From Lytechinus pictus (lineage: Eukaryota): 64,000 bases of DNA. The stretch spans positions 9,920,001-9,984,000 of the forward strand of contig NC_087257.1 of assembly GCF_037042905.1 (NCBI RefSeq), written 5' to 3'. The notes under the pieces were generated by a model. It was given only the letters and a program-made list of their open reading frames with translations. It was not told where the DNA came from and made no database searches. Both the position numbers and the translations under genes were made by a program. Each line of letters starts with the position of its first letter. Positions within the stretch are counted from its first letter, which is position 1. Below, in pieces: positions 54,201 to 64,000 of this stretch.

Positions 54201-54397
54201 GTTGGATTTCAGTGAATAAATTTCCCTCAAAACTATTTTCTTACCAGCTTTCGGGAATGATTTTTTCCCCACAATGTCATGAATTCATGCTGGTTTACGG
54301 ACTGCCTGAGAATAATTATACAACCCCCCCTTCATGAAAATCAAACAATTTTGATAGCTGACACAACCATCTATAGTCTACTCTTTTCCCATCGTAT

Positions 54398-55211
54398 GGG
54401 CGCCGTAACACAAAGGTTTAGCGAGTAATCGTTAATTTGAAAGAACAATTCTGATTGGTTCCTAGTCAGTCTACGGAGCAAAATGCGCGTGCAACGATTA
54501 TCTGGATAGGCCATTCATTAAAAATTTAATTACTATTGCTTAAAAGACAAGTCCATCCCAACAAAAAGTTGATTTGAATAAAGTGAGAAAAAATCCAACA
54601 ATCATAAAATTGAAAATGTAATCAAATTCGGGTGTAAGTAAGAAGTTTATGACATTTAAAAGTTTCGCTTAATTTCACAAACAGTTATTTGCACATCCTG
54701 GTCAGTATGTAAACGAGCATACAACATTTTATTCCCCCCTGAACGTGTGAAAGTTGGTCCTTTTTGTCACATCTGTAAAAATTGAAATATTGCATAATTC
54801 AAACAATAAAAAGCAAAAAGAAATACTAGTAGTGAGTGAGTGACATCATCGGCTCATTTACATATCACTGAGTTGTGCGTTGAACTGTTTTGTGAAAAAT
54901 AAGCGAAACTTAAAAATGTCATGAATTTATTATTTTACATCCGATTTCGATGAATTTTTCAGCGTTATGCTTGTTTGATGATTCTCTATCGATTCAAATC
55001 AACAATTTTCTGGGGTGGACTTGACCTATATATCTTTGTGAGTTACGGGACCCTGCTCATGGTCTTCATCTAGAGCCCGTAACACAAAGCCTAGCAATGA
55101 TCGTAGAACAAACTTTCACGATTGATTGCATTGACTATAAAAAAACAATGTACAATCAATTGTAAAAATCAAGCGTACGATCAATCGTTACGTTTTGTGT
55201 TACGGGGCCCT
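54398..55211. mobile_element. MITE cluster: Harbinger-like copy (about 54398-55053) with a nested Kolobok-like MITE (54544-55028), then a second Harbinger-like copy (55074-55211)
   Basis: ccgtaacacaaag / ttgtgagttacggg and ttgtgttacggggcc TIRs; inner caagtccatccc...gttgatttgaat / attcaaatcaac...ggggtggacttg. Confidence 0.7.
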
Positions 55212-57406
55212 GGGCAGCATGTTCGTCGACCTTCAAAACCATGCATGAAACATGCACTCATGTAGCAGTGTCATGTTTACTGGGGAACTTGGTATTAAAA
55301 GCCTCCTTTACGAAACATACATGTTATTAGAATGAGAGAAAATACAATAGTAATTGTCTGAAGGGGTTTTCCCCAGCTGATATTACAACGCTCAGGTGGT
55401 TATTCTGTCCATGAACACTCTTAAAAAATGAAAGGGTGGAATGGGGTAAGTCATCCTTTTAAAGGGCCGAGGAGTGAGAGCATTTTTAATAAGGGTAAAA
55501 AACGTCACTTCCCGCCCTTTTCCAACCTTTTTGTCTTTCTTTTTTTAGAGTGTAGGTGTAGGACAGAAATAAGCAGCAAAATGATGGCAAAAGTAGGAAG
55601 CAAATCCCGTTAAAAGTTTATCAACCCCTAACAACCTCTCAAAAGCAGCATATCCGCATAATGCCCTTGATATTTGCTTTTTATGTCGAAATGTTGTTGA
55701 ATAATTTTTTTTGACATTCGCGTCCTTGCAAAATCGTCGCAAACGTGCGTGAGCCCAAACGAAAACGAAGTCTTACTCCGACACAGTGCACATAATATTC
55801 GAACGTAATATGTGGGGGGGGGGGGGATTTCGCGAAATGTTCACATGATTTACGACTTAAATGTCGCGAGACTTTCGAAAGCATGTTTACCTTATGTTAT
55901 GATTTGCAATTTTTAGACAGTGGCATCCTTTGCAAATTCTTTGTTCTTAGAACGCCACACCTTTCTAAATCTCAATCCAATATTAATCATTCATCAGCAT
56001 AACATAACCTGAATATAAACTGAAGGAAATTTTGACTGTGCATGGTCGGTGTATATGCATAGATGATATGAAAAATTCTCTAGCTTAATTTTTGAAAGTC
56101 AAAACTAGCTCTACTATTACACTGTTGCATGTTCTTAATTTGTTCATTGGTAGCATGCGTGGATATTATATTTAATCTCTGAAAAACAGAATATATTTGT
56201 GTTCAACCCCAGAAATCTTTCATCTATCTTACATAAATTGTTCGATAAAATGGTAACTAAGTATTTCATCAAACATGGATTATCGGTTGGAAAAACAGCC
56301 AATCCTGGAAAACTTCCTATAAAATTAGGAGTAAAGAGAAGAAAAGAAAGGGGCTAACGATTCAACTTTCAATGTAATCTACAATAGTGATTGAGCAAAA
56401 AAAAATGATATTGTGGATTTCTTTTATGACTCGATCCTGGTCATTTGTATAAACGTTTTGTTTTTGTGACACTTTCCAAACGCAGTATTTGCACTTCGAT
56501 TGTCTTGAGTAGAACACATCAAGGGACTGAAATTAGATTATAGGTCAACTCACGGTCTGAAATCATGAACGTATTTTCAGGGCCCGTTACGAATGCTGAA
56601 GGCGCTGGCGGATCCAGGGGGTGTGGCCCTGCCCTCTCATCCTGGACGAGCCACCAATGCAAATCGTGTATGTGGAAACGAAGGAATTTCCCCCTCCCGG
56701 ATTTGTGATAACCATTGGGGGGGGGGGCTGTCATTATTTTGTGAACGAGTAGTTTTGTTATTATGGGGACCCCCCCTTTTATTTTATTTTTTGGGGGGTT
56801 ACCCCAAAATTCCGAACAATATCAAAAACATCTCTGGTTCCCCCCTCACATGTGATGAAATTCTGTATCTACCTACTGGCTTAAGTCATAATTGAATTAC
56901 CTCCTACGTCGTCATTTTAATAGGGATGAATATCATTGTCAGTGTGATTGTGTGGCCTGTTGCATAAAAAACACTAAATTTTTTTTCATTTTGCCGGAGT
57001 TTTTCAATGTGTTAAGTGTCAATGGCTGGTCCGACCACTGTTTCTTTCAGCATTACCTGAAAAAAAATGTGATATTTCAGAATGAAGAAAAATACAGTCA
57101 TGGTGAGGTCTGAATAAAAAATTGAAGTCAAGCTTTGGTGTAGTACACTGCATGGTTATTATCTTCATGATATATAGGCATACTGAAGATGGAAATGCTT
57201 GAAGAATAGTTAGGAAATGCAAAATACGTTAACGTATTCTAATATTGATCAATGAATATGCATGCTCATAATAATTATCAATATTGTTAAGTCAAAATAC
57301 TCATTTTGAATATCTACACTATACCTAGGGACAACATTAATTCTTTGCACATCATTACAGACATATTTTTTTCCGGGAGTTGATTTTCTTTTTCATTCGG
57401 GCTGTA

Positions 57407-57700
57407 CGGTGTTGTGCGTCGTGAAATAGTCTTTACTACTCTTGTCTTTCAATCTGAGTGACGTGCGTTCGAATCCCAACCATGATGTGTTATTCTTGAG
57501 CAAGAAATTTGCACACATTGTGCTACACTCAACCCAGACGAGGTGAATGGGTACCCATCAGGATTAATTCCTTGAATGCACTGAGCGCTGGAAGGCAGCT
57601 CGAGCTTAAGCCGGGATATTAATAATAACATAATGATAATAATAATGCGCCTTAGAACAGATTATTTCTACATAGATGATGATAATGCATAGTATTATTA
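57407..57700 (+). mobile_element. tRNA-derived SINE, family A (diverged); other diverged or partial copies at about 10120-10325(-), 30393-30573 and 33047-33258
   Basis: gttcgaatcc B-box and gaggtgaatgggtaccc body. Confidence 0.75.
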
Positions 57701-57899
57701 CGGTAAAAACTCGTTTTATGTTGTTCAACGTCCGTGCACAGATCAACAATATTTTGTTTTACCGTCAAATTATCTTTTCATGTTTTCATTCATTCAAGGC
57801 TGTATTTTTACATATTTCTCTCTATATAATAATGCATCCATTTTTATCGATTTCCCATTTTCGACGTAATTGATTATTTTTTTCTTTCTCGCTTATCAG

Positions 57900-58038
57900 T
57901 AAACTAGCCAAATCAACGCTGATTTTGATTCCTCTATTTGGAGTGTACTACATCATCACAGTCGGTATGCACGCATCCAACGATACAACAATGGTCTACA
58001 TCAGAATGTACTTTGAACTCATCCTTTCACCATTTCAG
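57900..58038 (+). CDS. Class B1 GPCR TM6/ECL3/TM7a exon: SKLAKSTLILIPLFGVYYIITVGMHASNDTTMVYIRMYFELILSPFQ
   Basis: atcag acceptor, GTAGGA donor; LAKSTLxLIPLFGV motif. Confidence 0.95.
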
Positions 58039-59548
58039 GTAGGACTCCCCTAAATCTTCTTTTCATATCAATTTCTGTGCTGAGTTTTGGGTTCTTATTT
58101 AATATACCGCTATCTATTGTTTTAAAAAAAGTTTACGCAACGCAACGCAGAACGGATTGAAGCACATAGAAAATGTATTGTCAAATGCCCTTCATGACAA
58201 CGAGCAAACAAGAAGTCTTGGTCAATAATCGGTGAATCAAAAGAGCAAACGACATAATTGCAATTCTTTGTCAGCTCCGAAATTGAGTACAATACTGCTG
58301 TTCCGGTTCACCAATTTTCGACAAAGACCTTCCACTCCACTTGACGTTTGCAGGATAGAAAAGTAGAAAATGACAATAGAGTTAGTGGTATGACATAATG
58401 CAGATGCTTTCAAACATGACGGTCCTGCAGCGTCTCATCATTTGGAAGAAAAAAAGAGAAATAATAAGAAGACGGAAAAGGACAAGAAAAAGAAAATTTC
58501 ATACGGAATTTATACTTTTTATTTACATCTAATCAAATTTCCAAAAGCTCCTCTTTATTTGGTCGTTTTGATTGGCAAACGTTGATGGTTGTGTGCCTAT
58601 TAATTCAATCGCTACAAGGAAATGACCTGCAGATTTGCTATTTTATGGTGAACAAACTCCCTCGCCGTCCCATTTTGGAATACTTACCAAGCCGTCCGAA
58701 TTTCCAATCGGTAACTAGATCAATTCGTCACGGGCCAGCGAGGGTGTTCCAAACTGGGTGGTGCCGGAAGGTCGACCCGCTCAATTTGTCCGTTTAATCG
58801 AATCTCTTGGAGGGTAATTGTTTTAATGAGTTTCAATGAATTGACGTTGGAACGTTTGGAGGGGGTTGAATACAAATGAATGGGATGAAATGACCAGAAA
58901 AAAAGAAAACTCCTTGATACACAATGCTTAAAATGGTTTCAGGAAAAAATTGAGGTCACTGGAGATAGGTGAAAGGATTCAATGCCCATCTTCCTAGTCG
59001 GTTTTTATTTGCCTATTGTTCCAATGAGCGTGAACCTTGAAATATCAGGATATAATTAAAAAGATAACATAAAATTGGGGAAAAATCAACATGCAACTTA
59101 TCCCACAATTTTCTTTCATTTTCTTCTATTTCATTATTTAGCTTTAATAGTCCGTATTCTAAAATCGGGTTTAATTTCAGCTGTAGTCTGAAGTTGTGGC
59201 TTTGCTATGGATAGCAAATAATCTTGTGAAATCAAATAGTATCAAACGATACATGCAGGTTCAATTTATCTGCTCATTTGATATTCAAATAATGAATTAC
59301 TCTGTTGATAGTATGGTTTTGTTCATCATTAAGGCATGATGAAAAACCACAGTATACCCTTTTTAACATTTAGGTTTCCCATAATTTTCACTCAGAGTTA
59401 GACCATGGCTTATTAAAAAGTTAAACCGGATTTCAGAATTCCGTCAAACTTCTTGCGGTATCATTAGGAATAAAACGATAAAAAGTATTCTGTTTGCATG
59501 GTTTGAGCAAACGCTTGGTTGATTTTTTTTTACAATCTTTACTTGCAG

Positions 59549-60193
59549 GGTTTTCTCCTAGCGATCCTTTACTGTTTCATGAATGGAGAAGTGAAAAATG
59601 AGATAAAGCGAAAATGGCGGCTGCACTTGTTGAACAGAACTCTGAGCACCCATAGAACATTACGCAGCTGTCAGTCACGGTCGTCGTGCTCGACACCGCC
59701 CAGGAAAGATTCGATGAAGAACCATTCCGTCTTCGAAACCAGCATCGGGCGCTCGACGTTCGGCGAACGATTCATCGCGTTGAAAAAACAATTCTCGCGG
59801 GGCGATTCGTCAAACGGTCACGTGGGCAACGGTTCCCTTGGCAACAGTATCGTGATACCGGATCCATCCGAACCGAGGCCAAACCCGGACGGTGCTGCGG
59901 ACCGGAGTAACCTTTACGACCACCATCCACCTGACTTCGATGAACACGAGAACGACGTCGAAGTGAATGAGAAAACCAAGATTGACATCAAAATCGAGGA
60001 AGCTTCGGATGACACACCGAACAGTGACCACGACGAGAGGGTCGATATGGAGAATGAAACGGAAGAAAAAAGTGATGTTTTTGAGGACGACGAGGAGGAG
60101 TGTGATATGACTTGTTCCGATGGACATACTAAACATGGCGTCAGTGATGGTGAATCAAGACAAACATTCAGTAACATTGAAACTGAAGTATGA
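59549..60193 (+). CDS. Class B1 GPCR terminal exon: GFLLAILYCFMNGEVKNEIKRKW..., long S/D/E-rich tail ending SNIETEV*
   Basis: ttgcag acceptor; QG...YCFxNGEVxxExxRxW signature; stop TGA 60191-60193; lies within ORF 59519..60193. Confidence 0.96.
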   Translation, partial: GFLLAILYCFMNGEVKNEIKRKWRLHLLNRTLSTHRTLRSCQSRSSCSTPPRKDSMKNHSVFETSIGRSTFGERFIALKKQFSRGDSSNGHVGNGSLGNSIVIPDPSEPRPNPDGAADRSNLYDHHPPDFDEHENDVEVNEKTKIDIKIEEASDDTPNSDHDERVDMENETEEKSDVFEDDEEECDMTCSDGHTKHGVSDGESRQTFSNIETEV

Positions 60194-60564
60194 AATCAAT
60201 GCCTGGAATCACCTTTGTACAAATATGATTGAACTTTCGTCATCGTTTCTCGTGATAACAAAAAAGATCTTTCATTACATTTTTCAAAATATTGATACAG
60301 TTAAACGTACTTGTTTTGTAGTCAACGCTTTTACATATTTATTTTTCTTAACTGTTCATAATCAAGCGTTGTTTATTGTTTTCAGGATTCGAACAAAATC
60401 TCTATTTTCACGACCAAACAGTGGCTAGAACAAAGTGATAGTAGAACAACTTGGTTCAACCATTTGGTTAGACGATCACTCTGTGGAAAAGGAGCTCGAG
60501 GTCACTGTGGCCTGAAAATAGTTAAGACGCCCTCTGTGGACTTAACTCCATGCTCGTCACACTA

Positions 60565-60739
60565 ACTGGGCGTTGTGGCGTGCGCCTGTAATCCAAGCTG
60601 TGGGGAAGTTACAAATTGATGCAGAGGTTCGAGCCCTGGTCACGTCTTTCGGATGGTGACGTTAAAGGTCGGTCCCAGACGTAAGTAATCATATCTGATT
60701 GATGCACGTCTGACAAAACTCAAATACACACACACACAC
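60565..60739 (+). mobile_element. Candidate 7SL-RNA-derived SINE (SRP Alu-domain head, B-box, Deu-like core, (CA)n tail)
   Basis: Head ACTGGGCGTTGTGGCGTGCGCCTGTAATCCAAGCT matches the recalled human 7SL 5' end at 27/35 positions; GGTTCGAGCCC at 60626-36; CGTCTTTCGGATGGTGACGTTAAA at 60643-66; CA repeat tail. Confidence 0.72.
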
Positions 60740-63361
60740 TGCATTGCCAGTGCAGTGAACCTTATATTCAAGTAGGCCTATAGAGTCGGGGTCGCGAAAC
60801 CGGGGAGGGAGGGGAGGGGTGGCTGAAGAGGCTTAAGCCCCTCCCTACTTTTTTAGTTAACGTTTACAAAAGCATCAAATTACCATGTTACTGTGATTTC
60901 TGTATGATCAACTCCGCCCCTTTCGTCCCAGCCACCCTCATATTCATGGGCCCGTATCAGAAAGGGTTCCGTTTGAACGCGAGTCAAACTATCGAGTGCA
61001 AATTCCAATGGGCACGGTTGATTCGCTGAAAAGTTGCGAATGATTTTTAGAGTTGCGTTTGATTTCAAATCTTTTTCAAACTACCATATTGCCATGACCC
61101 CCCTTTCTGGCTCACCCCCGCCACTATAAGAAACGTTCCACGGCTCCTGCGAGAGCCTCTTTTGTAGCCTCCATTATTATCAAGTATATTATACGTGTCA
61201 ACGTTTTAATGGAAATGTACACCATCAAAGTGTCTTGAGTTTTTTAATGTTGAGCGCAAAAACATTTAGAAAATATAAGATTTTTTTTAAATGGTAATGA
61301 GAGTGTTCATGTCCAGGGGCAGCGCCAAAATGGAAAGGGGCGACCGCCTTCTTGCATTTTTTTCCAAGGTGTAGTTGGGGAGACAGGAATGAGGGAAATG
61401 TGGTGGGGGGGGGGGGTCTTTTACTACAATATAATGAACAGTGTGTCCCGAATGAATGGAAGATTACTCTATTAAGAATATAGTGGTTGTAGGCACAAAG
61501 ATGTGGACAACTAATGATTTTTTTTCATGTAGACTTCTCGAAATATAAAAAAAAAAACATGGAAAAGAGCTACCAATGACAGGAGTGCTAAATATAAGTA
61601 CCTGGACAAATTCCTTATTTTTACTTTTGTTAGAATTATCGAACAAAATTATAATGACTCTCAAGGCATAAATAAAAAGTAATGAATAACAATAAAAAAA
61701 AATACTGTGAAAGTCTCGAACTGTTGTATAATTCTTTTTTTTTAATTCGCTAGGGAAATTCAGACGAGCCATGTTCATGCACTGGTGACTATGACAAAAA
61801 AAACACGCATAGAGGCTGATGGATTTAATATAAATTTTGAAATGCTTGTATATAGAAACTGAGTGCCAGTATTTGCCGCAGGTGTCATTGCATTTACGCG
61901 TTCACGTGTGCTCGTTGGTATAATGTGATTGTCTAACTTCTTTTGATATTGCATTGTTTTATTTATTTTTCAGGAATTTGAAAAATCGGGTATTATAATA
62001 ATTTTATTGAGAATTTTAAGCCGTTTCAGAAAAAGCTTGGACATATATATCACATATAAAGATTGCATAGTTCTATATATCTTGATTACTTTCATTTGAT
62101 TGACTCGAGTGCATATTTTTTTCTGAATTAATTCGTACGTCTATAAAAGATATAATGTCGCAAGAAAATTAATTGCGGTTCCTGAAAATGAAGAAGTACA
62201 TTTGGGAAGTGCCGATTACGACATAGTTTAATCTCTGATCTAACCCTCAATTATTGTTTATTATTTTGATAAGCCCATTTATGTAACATGCCTGGTATAC
62301 ATTATATGTAATAATGGTTTTATTCCAGATTCGATAAGCATGGAAACAATAAAGCCTGACTAAAGATAAAGATGCGATAGACACCATTTCCAATATGCTC
62401 AGGATACATTATTGTATTATAGATTTGTTGATAAAATTTACAAAAATAAGACTTTTCAAACTGCAACGTTCTCATGAATGTCTCAAAATATCATCACATA
62501 TTATGGAAACATGTGAAAATCGTTACATTACATTATAAATTTCTCGAATGTTGCCAAGTAATACATTTTCTAAAGTATCTATAAGCATTCTAATAAGATT
62601 GCTGCTTTACAATGTTCATTTTTGTGCAAAGTGGCAGTGCAATTCTACTAAAAGTGTATTGATGTGGTCAGGTGGTTAGGGCTAATTATCTTACCAAATA
62701 AGTCGATGGTATATCGACCGGGGAAACCCCGCTGCTGGGGGAGGGGAAATTATTCAAAAAAAGATATAAGGACCATTAGCATATATGATGTTCAATTAAT
62801 ATTTATGATGTAAGACATGAAGATGAAGTATACGCTATTCGAAATTTGCCATGATTGTCCACAAGCACCGCTATTCATAATCCGAAAACGGAATCAGTAT
62901 ACTTAACAAGGAAGAAGGTTCCCTATTCATTATATAGATTTAGGTTCTTAAATCATAAGGACCATTTTTCATAATGCAAGGGGGCTGTCAATCACGATGG
63001 AACAAAATGGTTTTGATGGTTGCTAGTCGTAATGTCTGTTGAGGATTTTATGAATAGTAACCCTTTAATCAGATTATGAATAGCGATCCCCATTGGATTA
63101 TGAATAGCGATTTCCTATGAAAATGTAACCTTATGACTCATCATTTTCCCATCTAATGAATAAAGGGCCTGACTTACGCGTTATGACTAGCGACCCTCTT
63201 CTGGTATTATGAATAGCGATCTTTATGAATAATGATCATTTTGAATAGTGATCACATTTCCTTATACGATTAGTGGTTCATATGACTGATGTGTGAACTC
63301 AATGAACACGCTTAGATGTGATTTGTATAAATAAAAATAATTATATGACCACCATGATTAA

Positions 63362-63739
63362 AGTGATTGGTTAACATTGGTTTGACTTTAAAAAAATCTG
63401 AGCTAGAAGGTCACACTTGTCACCTGTGTCTGTGATATGTTACAAAAATGAAGCCCAGAAAAAATTGCGTTCGAAAATAACTATTTAGTGCTTCAAAAAT
63501 TGAAATATAAAGTGACCGAAAACACCATCTTAATCTCATCCCATACACTTATGTGTACTATTTAGGCGTCTATAAGACACCTATTTACAAACTCGGGGTT
63601 TGCCTTGTAGTTTTAGCTTTTCATTCTCAATAATGGTTGTTTTCAGGGTTTATTAGTTCTAATACATGCACTTGTACACATGTTTCATCTTGGTTTGAGA
63701 ATTTTTTAAATCGGCTGCTCACAAAGTTAAACAATACCT
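63362..63739. mobile_element. TTAA-flanked element with imperfect TIRs (Kolobok-like)
   Basis: TTAA-agtgattggttaacatt ... aaagttaaacaatacct-TTAA. Confidence 0.55.
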
Positions 63740-64000
63740 TTAAGCAAAAACACACATGAGCCCACCTGACATAAACCAATAGACCCATTTTACAGATTGA
63801 TTAATGGATAACAGTAAACTTTGGTAGCTTCAAAGTTCGGTTTTAGATTATACCTAAAGTAAACGGAAAAGATTCAATATTATTATTTGACGCGAGATTA
63901 GACAATTTGACTTTCTTGATTAAATCGACCATAAAGGGGGTACCAAAAGTGACAGAACGAAGAAGTTTTCTTACTAGTTGTCAATGCGTCTGCTCTTTCG

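Noticed and set aside
59686-60177. Overlapping alternative-frame and antisense ORFs in the last exon
   Set aside because: Expected shadows of a GC-richer coding exon; no independent motifs.
60565-60739. Genuine 7SL RNA gene or human Alu contamination
   Set aside because: Only the 5' Alu-domain part matches. There is no S domain, oligo-T terminator, Alu dimer or poly-A, and the flanks are contiguous host-like sequence.

Overview
Eukaryotic, AT-rich, repeat-dense animal DNA. The repeat landscape suggests a marine invertebrate deuterostome, probably a sea urchin; this is inference. The window holds one real gene: a + strand class B1 (secretin-family) GPCR most similar in motifs to PTH/secretin-type receptors. 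Ten coding exons (18471-60193) have canonical AG/GT ends and splice into one open frame of about 556 aa: hormone-binding ECD, 7 TM helices and a long acidic tail ending in -ETEV. The signal-peptide exon(s) were not found and probably lie upstream of the window. The introns contain a decayed CR1/L2-type LINE, a young non-autonomous Gypsy-type LTR element carrying tandem arrays, a Helentron-type (HINE/DINE-1-like) element with a 154-bp satellite rich in nuclear-receptor half-sites, many MITEs and tRNA-derived SINEs. The most unusual object is a ~175-bp element just downstream of the stop codon (60565-60739). It has a 7SL (SRP) RNA Alu-domain head, a B-box, a Deu-domain-like core and a (CA)n tail, making it a candidate Alu-like 7SL-derived SINE in an invertebrate. 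Most ORF-track entries are spurious. Family assignments come from recalled consensus motifs, not database searches.
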